The position numbers were made by a program, and so were the translations under genes. 64,000 nucleotides of DNA, taken from NCBI GenBank assembly GCA_963777155.1, contig CAVZPM010000011.1:25791-89790 (forward strand), written 5' to 3'. The notes below the pieces were generated by a model, which made no database searches, was not told the DNA's origin, and saw only the letters and a list, made by a program, of their open reading frames with translations. Of the stretch, positions 52,716-62,395 are shown in pieces. The DNA is from Candidatus Bathyarchaeota archaeon. GTDB taxonomy: Archaea > Thermoproteota > Bathyarchaeia > Bathyarchaeales > Bathycorpusculaceae. Positions within the stretch are counted from its first letter, which is position 1. Each line of letters starts with the position of its first letter.

Positions 52716-52988
52716 ATGAGAAAAAAGTTTCTAATCTTAATCTTTCTGGCAATCTGGATTTTTGTAACGGGTTTGGCGCTGCTATTTGGTTTCGACTATA
52801 ACTGGCCCGATAATGTTCACGTAGACTATGGTTTGCCCTTAACATGGGGAACAAATACGTTGAGCACTTTTGTAGGACCCGTTGACAATTGGAGTGTTAA
52901 CATTTTGAACTTGTTAGTCGACCTGATATTCTGGTTAGGAATAATGACTGCAGGCGTTGCAGTACTATTATACAAACTTCAAAATTAG
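52716..52988 (+). CDS. Small two-TM membrane protein
   Basis: YGLPLTW and LLVDLIFW pattern. Confidence 0.6.
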   Translation: MRKKFLILIFLAIWIFVTGLALLFGFDYNWPDNVHVDYGLPLTWGTNTLSTFVGPVDNWSVNILNLLVDLIFWLGIMTAGVAVLLYKLQN

Positions 52989-53192
52989 AAAATAGACACA
53001 CCAGAAAAATCTATTTAGGGAGAATCCGGAGCTTAAATCTATCCGTCAAGACTACCCATAACACAAAGTGCGAGAAACGGTGCCCTCAGAGTTTTTTTCC
53101 AATTTTAATATACCAATAACTCCAACTCGCAGACCGTTTGAATGGGGATTTTCACCTCTCCATGCAACAAAGGGTTAATTGTTTGATTTGAG

Positions 53193-53290
53193 TTTAATTC
53201 TGAAAGATAACACTGCCGCGCAAAATTCAGTTGCATCATCATCACCATCATCATCTTCTCTTTGTAGGCTAAGTGGAAAGAGCAACAAAC
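53193..53290. repeat. ~100 bp direct repeat (palindromic repeat-family copy 2)
   Basis: tttaattctgaaagataacactgccgcgcaaaattcagttgcatcatcatcaccatcatcatcttctc; matches 54240-54338. Confidence 0.85.
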
Positions 53291-53376
53291 CAGTTTTTCA
53301 AACTGTTGTTCTACTATCTTAACTATCCAAGTTATCAAGTAGGCGTGTAGAAAAGAGAGTCATCAGAAAAAATTAT

Positions 53377-53784
53377 CTAATTATTCAGTGCGTCCAGCAT
53401 TTCATCAACAGTTAGGATTCTTATCCCTTTGAAATGTTTCAATACAAGCAGATGTCTATCGCCCGAAATAATATAGTTAGCTTTACTATCGTAAGCCGCT
53501 CGCACAATAGCGTCATCATCAGGATCCTCCTTAACAGCCTTGAACTTGGATTTCACTTGCACTATAGTTGCCGCATTCTTCAGTGTGTTAAGAAAGACGG
53601 TTGCATCCTTTTCACTCGTGTACTTTGCTATCTTGGGGTCATCTATTATCTCAAGGAACTCTTCGAGGATAGCTCTGGACAAGACTAGCTGTTGATCTTT
53701 TACTAATTTGTTGAAGAGGTCACGTGGTTTACCTGCCTTTATCAAAGCTGAAACCAAGACGTTTGTATCAAGGACTACTTTCAT
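53377..53784 (-). CDS. PIN-domain toxin
   Basis: VVLDTNVLVSA, DPDDD, IISGDRHL. Confidence 0.9.
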   Translation of the reverse strand: MKVVLDTNVLVSALIKAGKPRDLFNKLVKDQQLVLSRAILEEFLEIIDDPKIAKYTSEKDATVFLNTLKNAATIVQVKSKFKAVKEDPDDDAIVRAAYDSKANYIISGDRHLLVLKHFKGIRILTVDEMLDALNN

Positions 53785-54085
53785 TCTTGGTTTGACTCTT
53801 TGAGCTTCTTTTCATTTGTCTATGCTCGTGGATTATTTGATTTATCTCATCGTTTGAGAGTTCGCCATATTTTGCGATTTTTTCATCGACCCTTTTATAC
53901 ATGGCTTCAAGTTCTTTTGACAAGTCAGGTTCTTCAAGTTTCTTTAGTACTACCGAGTCGTTGAATTCATAAACAAGGAATTTAGTTTTAGGTTTCAAGC
54001 CCATTCGTGACCTTATTTTTGCAGGAATAACAACTTGACCTTTTTCACTGAGGATCGTAAGATCAGCTTTTTCGCTCTGAGGCAT
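53768..54085 (-). CDS. AbrB/MazE-type antitoxin
   Basis: SEKGQVVIPAKIR; overlaps the PIN gene. Confidence 0.88.
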   Translation of the reverse strand: MPQSEKADLTILSEKGQVVIPAKIRSRMGLKPKTKFLVYEFNDSVVLKKLEEPDLSKELEAMYKRVDEKIAKYGELSNDEINQIIHEHRQMKRSSKSQTKNESSP

Positions 54086-54239
54086 TTAGATTACCGAATA
54101 CTATCTTACTTTCTTACCCTAAAAAAGATATCTTTTTAATTATAGTAAATGAAAAAATTGTTTTGATGAGTTGGGCTATCAATGCTGGACTTAATGTTTT
54201 TGAGTCGGAGTCAGCAGAGGTTTTTCGATTTTTTGCTTA

Positions 54240-54338
54240 TTTAATTCTGAAAGATGACACTGTTGTGCAAAATTTAGTTGCATTATCATCACCATCATCA
54301 GTATCTTCTCTTGGCGGTTAGTTGAAAGAATAACAAAC
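54240..54338. repeat. ~100 bp direct repeat (palindromic repeat-family copy 3)
   Basis: tttaattctgaaagatgacactgttgtgcaaaatttagttgcattatcatcaccatcatcagtatcttctc. Confidence 0.85.
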
Positions 54339-54480
54339 GATTTTTCGCCCGCGACCCTGGAATTCAAATTTTAAGAAAGAATCCATGGAATAATTTTCCG
54401 GGATTCGAAATAGTAATGAAACAAGTTACTCCTATTTGGGTGGTGTTCAACTTTGTTCTTGTGGCTTCTTGAGGGCATTG

Positions 54481-54825
54481 TTATTTTTGGTCTTTTTCGA
54501 TTTTTTGAATTGTCTGTTTAAGAAGTGGAATGTTATGTTTGACTGTTTGCCAGATGGTTTCGGTGTCCATGCCGAAGTACGCGTGGATGAGTTTGTCTCG
54601 CATCCCTGTAATTTCTTTCCAAGGAAGCTCAGCATATTTTGCCTTAAGGGCATCGGGAAGTTTTTTGGATGCTTCTCCGATGATTTCGATGCTACGTACA
54701 ACGGCATTGAGTGTTTTTCTATCTTTAATGAATTCTTCGTATGTGATATTAGCGATGAAATTCTCAATATCGGTTATGGAGTCCAATATGTCTTGTAAGT
54801 AATCCCGTATATCGCGGTCCTTCAA
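54481..54825 (-). CDS. HEPN toxin (DUF86)
   Basis: AVVRSIEIIGEA, PWKEITGMRDKLIHAY (RX4H). Confidence 0.92.
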   Translation of the reverse strand: MKDRDIRDYLQDILDSITDIENFIANITYEEFIKDRKTLNAVVRSIEIIGEASKKLPDALKAKYAELPWKEITGMRDKLIHAYFGMDTETIWQTVKHNIPLLKQTIQKIEKDQK

Positions 54826-55115
54826 ATCATGATAACTTCCTGCAGTATGTGTTCGCCAATGTGAGGTTTGAGTGCCTTTTTGGAAACTAAGTCGACTTTG
54901 ACTCCTAGCAAATCTGACAAGTAGTTTTCTAGCTTCATGAATTCGAACAAGCCAACGGGCTCCTCAAACTCCACGAGAATATCGACATCGCTACTCCGAT
55001 TCTGTTCGCGTCGTACATAGGAGCCAAAAACACCTATTGTTTTCACTCTGAACTTCTCGGTAAGCTCAGTCTTATGCTGCGATAGAGTACGTTTGACAGT
55101 CTCAACATCTCTCAT
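54822..55115 (-). CDS. Minimal nucleotidyltransferase (MNT) antitoxin
   Basis: FGSYVR, SDVDILVEF, KVDLV. Confidence 0.92.
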   Translation of the reverse strand: MRDVETVKRTLSQHKTELTEKFRVKTIGVFGSYVRREQNRSSDVDILVEFEEPVGLFEFMKLENYLSDLLGVKVDLVSKKALKPHIGEHILQEVIMI

Positions 55116-55329
55116 AGTTTAAGATATGCTGGCTCTGAACTTAAAGCCTTTTCACAAAACTAATCTAAATGGACAGCATATCCTTGCTTGGGCGAAAAAA
55201 GTCTTCTGCCCACAGCATAGCCCTCTGAATTAAAATATAGTTTAGCTGAATTATGCCTAAATCTTTGCTCCGCTTTGCAACTCAGCAAAGAGATAGAAGA
55301 TGAATTCGGTAGAGGTGTGCTTGAACCCA

Positions 55330-55434
55330 GGTGACTGCATAATTGCAGCAACAGCAATAGCCAACCAAGCAGCCATTTTGTCTGATGACCCTCATTTTGA
55401 CGTTATACAGGACACGAAAAGAACCTGAATCTAA
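55330..55434 (+). pseudogene. VapC/PIN C-terminal remnant
   Basis: GDCIIAATAIANQAAILSDDPHFDVIQDTKRT*I*; no intact 5' half. Confidence 0.7.
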
Positions 55435-55525
55435 GAGCCTCTCGGGACTTCCCACGATTTCTAGCAATATTATCTAAAAAGATTCAAGAAAATTAATTGT
55501 TGAAGTGCGAAGAAGTTGAGCGCTT

Positions 55526-55804
55526 TTAATTCTTGTCGACCTTGACTTTGGTAACTTCAACTATGGAGTCAGCAGGGAAGTTAATCTTCTTAAGCGCCTC
55601 TTCGAGAGCCTTTTTTGATGGGGCTTCAAACTCGATAATCGCTTTTTCCACGTCAGCGTTCGACTCAGGAGCACAACAATAACAGGTTTTCAAATAGACA
55701 TCTTTAATCCCTGTCCTCTCAAAAACGTTGGTTGTACCTATAATGCAGGTAAGCCTGTTAAGCTGGATTTGAGGTACCTTCGAGTTGACTATGAAGCGTT
55801 TCAT
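55526..55804 (-). CDS. Small hypothetical protein (DUF4242-like)
   Basis: EFEAPSKKAL...PADSIVEV; CYCC. Confidence 0.55.
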   Translation of the reverse strand: MKRFIVNSKVPQIQLNRLTCIIGTTNVFERTGIKDVYLKTCYCCAPESNADVEKAIIEFEAPSKKALEEALKKINFPADSIVEVTKVKVDKN

Positions 55805-55931
55805 GGTTCGTTTCTCTCGGACTTAATAAAACCTAAAGTTTCATATAAGTTATGTGTAAAGGCGATGATGTTTAGTTTGTCAAGCGTTTCCAGTTCGCCT
55901 GAAAACAAATAGTATGCAACGTTGCCAATGT

Positions 55932-56351
55932 TTACTCGGATTTACCTATCCAAATTGTTTCGGCCAGGTTCTTAAAGTGCTCATCTCCAGTAACAATTTT
56001 TGATTTTGATAGCCTGCCCGTAGCTAATACTATAGCATCAAACAAGCTTGGAGTATTCAGTTTGGATTTCTTCGCACAGGTAGTTAATTCTAAGTAGCAT
56101 CTTGAGGCCTCCAAAGCAATTCCAGCGTCGATATGAGTTATGTTTGAAGCCGAAACAATTACTTCCAGTCTTGCATCAATTGTCTTTTCATCAACTCCCT
56201 CTCGAATATATTTGCGTGCGATCTCAGCCAAGACAGTTCCAGGAGTATAGATTTCGTCAGCGTCTTCCATTAGTTCCTTCACGTCAAGCCCTTTTCCACT
56301 GCCTATGAAAAATTCAATCCACGCATAAGCATCAATCACGATCTTCGCCAC
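55932..56351 (-). CDS. vapC: VapC PIN toxin
   Basis: IVIDAYAWIE, LAEI, SLFDAIVLA, VTGDEHF. Confidence 0.9.
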   Translation of the reverse strand: MAKIVIDAYAWIEFFIGSGKGLDVKELMEDADEIYTPGTVLAEIARKYIREGVDEKTIDARLEVIVSASNITHIDAGIALEASRCYLELTTCAKKSKLNTPSLFDAIVLATGRLSKSKIVTGDEHFKNLAETIWIGKSE

Positions 56352-56598
56352 GATCTCCCTCCGAAAAAGGCTTAATTCTCCCCTCATCTACACTGAAAGC
56401 TTTTTCTAAAATAGACTTTCTTTGTTTCTTGACAAGAGATTGTATTGCTTCGTCAAGGCTTTCTGCGTTTAGTTTTTCTCTAATATGTTCAAGCGTTTCA
56501 GCTGTTTTCTTTGAGACTCTTATGGTGGTTGTTTCATTCAAAACAGCATCATCAACTAGTATAGTTGTATGCAAGTTAATAAGCATACATGTATACAT
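56332..56598 (-). CDS. VapB-like antitoxin
   Basis: TTTIRVSKKT..SLDEAIQ RHH-like segment; acidic tail overlapping vapC. True start probably internal. Confidence 0.75.
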   Translation of the reverse strand: MYTCMLINLHTTILVDDAVLNETTTIRVSKKTAETLEHIREKLNAESLDEAIQSLVKKQRKSILEKAFSVDEGRIKPFSEGDRGEDRD

Positions 56599-56651
56599 AT
56601 ACGTTTTTGGAAATTAGATTATTTTTCAAAGAAATCTTGTGGGTGCCAGAC

Positions 56652-56677
56652 TGGAGCTGGGAATGGGAGTTGAACCC
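56652..56677 (-). other. tRNA 3'-end fragment (att-like; probably Thr)
   Basis: Minus strand GGGTTCAACTCCCATTCCCAGCTCCA = T-loop, 3' acceptor strand and CCA, with no 5' half. Confidence 0.7.
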
Positions 56678-56779
56678 CCGATCTACTCGTGATTTTACTC
56701 GCAAAACCCCTCTTTTTTTGATTTTAGCTTAGAACAGCTTAACTCAAATGGCGTAGACAGCTTTTTTCACTTTTAAATA

Positions 56780-57070
56780 TTAAAGAAAGGGTATTTCTTC
56801 AAGAGTGTGGAACAACTCAATTTTCCCTAACGAAAGTTTTAGCGGTCCATATTTCTCTGAGTAAGTTTTGTACATCTGAAGTACTTTTTCGTACATAGGC
56901 ACATTCCAAACTATCACGTAGTGCCACTCATTTGTTGGAATAAATATCCCAAGGAGACTGACGTCTTCAACTCTGCCAACTTGGCTCTTCAATTGACTGG
57001 CAAATTCTTTAAACTCTCCAGATGTACCAGCCCAATTCAAATAGTGAAGTACCAACAAAAATTTTCGCAT
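56780..57070 (-). CDS. Small hypothetical protein
   Basis: 96 aa ORF, alpha/beta pattern. Confidence 0.55.
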   Translation of the reverse strand: MRKFLLVLHYLNWAGTSGEFKEFASQLKSQVGRVEDVSLLGIFIPTNEWHYVIVWNVPMYEKVLQMYKTYSEKYGPLKLSLGKIELFHTLEEIPFL

Positions 57071-57103
57071 CCAACCTAAAATGGGTCCTTTTGTAGACTA
57101 GAT

Positions 57104-57406
57104 TTACTTTTGAATTCCTATGTTCTTAGCCCAGTCACTGCCTTCTTTAAAGAATTTCAATACTGGAATAACCATTACTTCTCCAACAAGCCTAAGAGGT
57201 TCCACAGCATTATTGAGAGCAGCGCTATCCTCTGTTTCGAGAACAAAATAGAAAACATGCCCGGGTGCATTCATATATGCATCTATAAACTTTACTCCAG
57301 ACTTCTTAATGCTCTCCTCAGTCTTTTTTATAAATTCCTTATCAGGTCTTACATTTCCACCCGGACAGAATTCCGGTTTGTGTTTAGCTACAACCATAAA
57401 AAGCAA
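57104..57406 (-). CDS. Small GYD/DUF3303-like protein
   Basis: HKPEFCP and PGHVFYFVLE motifs. Confidence 0.6.
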   Translation of the reverse strand: MLFMVVAKHKPEFCPGGNVRPDKEFIKKTEESIKKSGVKFIDAYMNAPGHVFYFVLETEDSAALNNAVEPLRLVGEVMVIPVLKFFKEGSDWAKNIGIQK

Positions 57407-57598
57407 CCAAAATCACCTTAACTTTAATAATAATATTTTTGCCTCTTTAAGATATGTGACTGTTGACAAACAATTACAATTCAAAGTATTAGTCTAAAAA
57501 TGAAAAGAAGCACTTGCACATGTCTCTCGAACGTAACGCATTGAATCAATTTAAGCATATTTTTAGGTCTGTTTAATCTTCTTTAAGATGGTGCTGCA

Positions 57599-57790
57599 GT
57601 GGTAACGGAAAAAAAGATTGGAGAGAAAACAGTTTTTCTCTGCGATATTTGTGGTCTTGGATACTCGGAAAGGAGCATTGCTCAAGAATGCGAAGATTAT
57701 TGCCGAACTCATGCTGGCTCATGTAGCGCTGAGATTAGTAAAAAAGCGGTATATCTTCCAAATGCACAAATGTTGCCAGAGAAAGAATAA
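57599..57790 (+). CDS. Small zinc-finger protein
   Basis: CDICGLGY..AQECEDYC..SCSAEI. Confidence 0.7.
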   Translation: MVTEKKIGEKTVFLCDICGLGYSERSIAQECEDYCRTHAGSCSAEISKKAVYLPNAQMLPEKE

Positions 57791-57842
57791 TTTGGATATC
57801 TTCCACTGAAGGTTAATATTGAAATTGAGTAGAAATCGATAG

Positions 57843-58415
57843 GTGAATACATTGAAGATTCGGGAGAGCGGCATGCCCAAAGAGGAGCTGTGGACTGAAT
57901 TTTTTGATCCAGAAAAAACCCTGAAATTAATGGGTCTAAATTCAAGAACTTCAAATGTTGTTGACTTTGGCTGTGGCTATGGCACTTTCACTATACCTGC
58001 TGCAAGAATAATTCGGGGGAAAATCTATGCTTTTGACATTGAACCTGAAATGATTAAAACTGTAAAGCAGAAAGCAAAAGCACTATCCCTTCTCAATGTG
58101 GATGCTATCCTTCGGGACTTCGTTTCAAGGGGTTCTGGGCTAAAGGATTCAAGCGTTGATTATGTTTTTCTTTTCAACATTTTACATATCGAAAAACCAG
58201 AGTCTCTCTTAAGCGAATCTTACCGAATTTTGAAGGTTGGTGGAAGGGTTGGAATTATCCACTGGAATTATGACCCAGCAACACCCAGAGGTCCGTCAAT
58301 AGAAATCCGCCCCAGACCTGAACAACTTGAGAGTTGCGCTGAGTCGGTTGGGTTCATTTTTGAAAAGAGACTTGACCTCAAACCATATCATTATGCACTT
58401 GTTTTAAAAAAGTAA
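57843..58415 (+). CDS. Class I SAM-dependent methyltransferase
   Basis: VDFGCGYG, FDIE, SVDYV, ILKVGG. Confidence 0.88.
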   Translation: MNTLKIRESGMPKEELWTEFFDPEKTLKLMGLNSRTSNVVDFGCGYGTFTIPAARIIRGKIYAFDIEPEMIKTVKQKAKALSLLNVDAILRDFVSRGSGLKDSSVDYVFLFNILHIEKPESLLSESYRILKVGGRVGIIHWNYDPATPRGPSIEIRPRPEQLESCAESVGFIFEKRLDLKPYHYALVLKK

Positions 58416-58525
58416 GCAGAATTTTTTTCCCGGAGCACCCAGAAAAACTGTTTCAAAACTGTTTCACATTTGTTTCAGCCAACTATCATATCATTCGAAT
58501 ACTATAATATAGTTCAGACAAAAAA

Positions 58526-59371
58526 TTGGAGGCAAAAAAATTGAAAACTTTAAAAATATTTGCCATAACGGGCGTAGTTCTCGTTGCAGCTTTGCTGCTT
58601 GTTTCCACAGTAGCCGCAATGGGGCCTTTTGGGTCCAACGTATTTGGCGGTTACGGGGGCATGATGGGAGGTCGCGGCGGCGGAGGAATGATGGGGGGCT
58701 ACGGATATGGATATAACAACTCACCCTACTCAAACCAACCCAGCACAACCGTACCCTCAACACAGTATTACCAGCCAGTCTACCCCTACCAGTTCGGAGG
58801 AGGATGCATGGGTAGATTGGGCTTAAACACAGGCTTTGGCTCAACAGCACCCTACACCAACACTGGAACACCTCTTACATTAACAGACGCAAAGACAATA
58901 GCGCAAAACTATGTTGCAGCACTTGGAAATCTTGACTTGACCGTAAAGCAAGTTGAGGAGTATTCGGCGAACTTTTACGTCCAAGTTAACGAGAAAAGTA
59001 CAGGCAACGGAGCATTCGAGCTACTGGTTAACAAGTTCTCTGGCAGTATCTATCCTGAGATGGGACCTAACATGATGTGGAACACCAAATACGGCATGAT
59101 GCGAAGCGGTATCCTTGGCGGAATCTATGGAACCCCAACCACAACTATGACAGTAACCGCAACACAAGCAACAGCTAACGCACAAACATACCTAAACACC
59201 TACATATCTGGGGCAACAACAGGAGACGTAACAACGTTCTACGGCTACTACACAATCGAAATATTGAATGGGACAACAACTTATGGGATGCTAAGCGTTA
59301 ACGGCTACACAGGACAAGTCTGGTACCATACATGGCATGGGACCTTCATCTCAGAACTTCAAGTGACATAG
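58526..59371 (+). CDS. Secreted Gly/Met-rich protein with PepSY-like repeats
   Basis: Signal peptide, GGMMGG repeats, ELLVNKFSG, PEMGPNMMWNTKYG, SVNGYTGQVWYHTWHG. Confidence 0.75.
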   Translation: MEAKKLKTLKIFAITGVVLVAALLLVSTVAAMGPFGSNVFGGYGGMMGGRGGGGMMGGYGYGYNNSPYSNQPSTTVPSTQYYQPVYPYQFGGGCMGRLGLNTGFGSTAPYTNTGTPLTLTDAKTIAQNYVAALGNLDLTVKQVEEYSANFYVQVNEKSTGNGAFELLVNKFSGSIYPEMGPNMMWNTKYGMMRSGILGGIYGTPTTTMTVTATQATANAQTYLNTYISGATTGDVTTFYGYYTIEILNGTTTYGMLSVNGYTGQVWYHTWHGTFISELQVT

Positions 59372-59499
59372 TGATGCAGTAGATAACTAGACCAACAATT
59401 GCAGAACAATTTTTTCTTTTTTTGTTTATACACTTCAGGTTTGCCAAGAATTCGATCAAGGCTAATTTGATGGATTTGATGCGAACTCAACTCTGATTG

Positions 59500-59958
59500 C
59501 TATGTCTCTTTTTTCCAGTTTCTCGTAACTGATTGTTTGTAGAAACGCTTACCTGTTGTGTTGATGCTTATCACCACAAGTGTTGCCCAAATAATTCCGC
59601 AAATCGTTGCTAAATAATTCAAGTCGTAGAGCAGAAACATGAAAATGGTTGAGGTTCCGAATAGATAAAAAATTAGAAGCAGGTTGAAGAAGGGGCGAAT
59701 TTTCAGCGTTAAGGGCGGAATATTTTTGATGTAGTGGAAGGCCATTTCAAGGTTATCTAAGAGTGTGTATAGCGAGAAGTAGAAGACCAGGGTGAGGAAT
59801 AGTATTGTGGCTTGCCCAAGTATTCCTCCTCTGTTTTGAAGTGTAGTTAACAGAAGGGTGATTGATGTGAAGAGGAAACCGCAGAATAAAGACAACACCA
59901 CTATGATGCGTTCGTTCTGCGCAAAGTACTCGGAAAACTGTTTTTCATCTTTGGACAT
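59500..59958 (-). CDS. Four-TM membrane protein
   Basis: Four hydrophobic segments. Confidence 0.6.
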   Translation of the reverse strand: MSKDEKQFSEYFAQNERIIVVLSLFCGFLFTSITLLLTTLQNRGGILGQATILFLTLVFYFSLYTLLDNLEMAFHYIKNIPPLTLKIRPFFNLLLIFYLFGTSTIFMFLLYDLNYLATICGIIWATLVVISINTTGKRFYKQSVTRNWKKET

Positions 59959-59973
59959 TTTACTTCTCCCCCT

Positions 59974-60495
59974 TCATGAAAACAGCCAAGCTTTGTGTTT
60001 CTTTGATTGTTCAGGATTTTTCTTCCTTCAGTTTAGTTGCGATTTGCGTTGCATAGTCTTTTGCTCGGTCAATTTCTCCTTCAACAAGAGGTCCCTTTTG
60101 CCCCAACACAAGCGCTTTAGAACAGGCAGGAGTTGCTTCATGTTCTTCTCTTTGAGCTTTATGGCGATCTTTTCGGCAGCGCTCCACTCTTTATTTTGGA
60201 TACGTGATTGCTCGACGTTCTCAGGGTTTTCAGTGTCGAAGGCTGCGAAAGGCTTGTTCATCCATTCCTCGCTTTTCACCTTGCCTAGAAAGAATTTGAT
60301 TGCAAAGCTCATTGTGCCAAATTTAGTTGGAGACCCCAGAACAAGGAAGTTGTAGTCGGTTGTGCTTAACTTTTTTACTTCTTTAACGTCGAAGAGGTCA
60401 ACGTCTAATTCAGAAGCTTTTAGTGTTTCAGTGATTGTTTCTGCGATTTTCTTTGTGTTTCCATGTGAAGTGTCATAGATGATTATGCCCTTCAT
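59974..60495 (-). CDS. Flavodoxin-like protein (frameshift near 60115)
   Basis: YDTSHGNTKKIA, LGSPT, AAFDT; shifted frame gives KGPLVEGEIDRA. Confidence 0.85.
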
Positions 60496-60633
60496 TTTCA
60501 AACCCCAGTTTCCCCAAAATTGTTCGATTCTAATCTAAAGCGTTAGGCATTTAAGACTTTGCAGGCATCTGAAATGGCTGATTCAAAACCGTGCAAATTA
60601 AAGCTATCATAAATCTAAAACTTTCTCTCTGTT

Positions 60634-61291
60634 CTAAATCTTCTGGAATACCAGTTCCCTTCCCTTCTTTCCAGCTAACTGAACAACGCCGCCTTTTCTT
60701 AAACAGTAAGTTATTTGCCGTGCAGTCCTAACTGAAATCTTTGCTAATTTTGCTAATTCTCTGTTAGTGAACACTTCATTTAGGCCTTCGGGCAATATTT
60801 TGAGGTAATCAGCCTTGGTTTGGAAGAGAATTCTATCGTTCACCTTCAACAGTTTCCTTTCTATAATACTGACACCTCTTCTTCTCCAGCTTCCTCTTCC
60901 ATCATCGCACCTAACCTCCTCCTCATCGATGAACAAGACTTCCAAAGAAAAGTTCTCTTCGCCGATCATATGCGGGATCATAACCAGCTCACGAAACAGA
61001 TCAGTTAACCTTCCCTTTTTTGGGGATTTACGTCTATTCAAGACTACCTGATCTTTTGTAACGTGTGTAATCCACTTCTTTTCCGCCAAAGGATAAACTA
61101 ACCTCACCTGGTGATTTTCAGTAAGCACTCTGAAGTTTTTCCTTAAGAGCAGAAAAATTCTTTGTCTGAACTTCGATGAGTAAATTTTCCCTCAAGATAT
61201 CGACAATGTAGTTGTCTAATTTAACCTCAAATTGATCTCCAGGAAGTGAGTAAACTTTTTTGATTTCTGAATGAAGAGAGCACTCGTTCAT
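60634..61291 (-). CDS. PD-(D/E)xK nuclease-like hypothetical protein with C-terminal HTH (frameshifted near 61150)
   Basis: MNECSLHSEIK..YIVDI..LIEVQT lies upstream of the track ORF; C-terminal FTNRELAK..ITYCL. Confidence 0.6.
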
Positions 61292-61463
61292 TATTCTTCA
61301 ATAGAATAATTAGCAATTAATAAGCCTACTTTTTAGTCATCTAGTTGTCAGAGGAAAAATTGATTTAAGGAAATACTTTTTTGCTAAAGCTAGGTTCCAT
61401 TATTTTGAAATAGGATGTAAGTTTTTCAATCTTATGGAACTGACGGAAAAATCGCCGCCTAAA

Positions 61464-61685
61464 CTATATGTCGTTGTAGAGGTTGCAGGTTGGACACTTT
61501 AACACAACATTCTTGAATTTTCCTTCGATGATATTCTCGCCTATCTTTGCTCCACAATTACCACATAGATAAGTAGTATTACCACCCTTGCTTTTTATAA
61601 CTGGCAACGTTTTGGATGCAAAAACGGTTCGGGTTCCCTTTTTCGGTTCGGGTATAGTTTTTAGTTTTCTGTCCATTTTATCCAC
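61464..61685 (-). CDS. Zinc-ribbon small protein
   Basis: YLCGNCG...LKCPTC. Confidence 0.65.
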   Translation of the reverse strand: MDKMDRKLKTIPEPKKGTRTVFASKTLPVIKSKGGNTTYLCGNCGAKIGENIIEGKFKNVVLKCPTCNLYNDI

Positions 61686-62107
61686 TTACTTCGGCTTTTA
61701 TTGGTTTGACTTGGATTATAAGTTTATTGCTTTCTGCTTTTTTCGATTATATGTTTAGCAACTGGAGGATCGGTAAGGGGCGAGTAGTTCACTTTTCATC
61801 CTTCAAAACGAACTTGTAACATTCACATTTAGGTTTATTACATACTCTATCTAAAAAATACGAATGTTCACTTTTGAGGTGCTCACACGTGCACACTTCA
61901 TCTTTAATTTTAGCTTTATCCATCATGATTTATCCTTGTTAAATGAACAACTAACCTTCAAAAAGTTTTAGGTGTGGGACTAAATTCTAATGCACACACA
62001 CAATTTTTTTCTACCAAACTTGGCGAAATTGCAGAACTCTCTTTAATCGTTTTTATATGCAATGGTGTATTGTATTAGGCATAACGTTTGTTGAAATGGT
62101 GATTGAA

Positions 62108-62395
62108 ATGGCTGAAAAATCAGGAATTGTATTCGTTGGAAATAAAATGCCCATGGACTATGTGCTAGCGATAATTACAGGAATGTCGGCGAGCAATGCC
62201 AAAGAAATAACTTTGAAGGCCAGAGGACAAGCAATAACTACAGCAGTTGACGCAGCTGAAATAACGAGAAATCGCTTCCTAAAAGACCTCAAAGTGAAAA
62301 AAATCGCGATAGGAACAGAAGAGATGCCGGCAAGAGAAGGCGAAACTAGATCACGAATGGTTTCAACAATTGAAATAGTGCTTACAAAAGGATAG
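62108..62395 (+). CDS. albA: DNA/RNA-binding protein Alba
   Basis: VFVGNKMPMDYV, LKARGQAITTAVDAAE, VSTIEI. Confidence 0.92.
   Translation: MAEKSGIVFVGNKMPMDYVLAIITGMSASNAKEITLKARGQAITTAVDAAEITRNRFLKDLKVKKIAIGTEEMPAREGETRSRMVSTIEIVLTKG

Noticed and set aside
53105-53338. ORF with MMMVMMMQ run as a real protein
   Set aside because: It is the reverse reading of the (CAT)n tract in the non-coding repeat; the second copy does not keep a comparable ORF.
55330-55370. aattgcagcaacagcaa as a fourth copy of the palindromic repeat family
   Set aside because: Explained by the PIN coding motif DCIIAATA and lacks the left arm and spacer.
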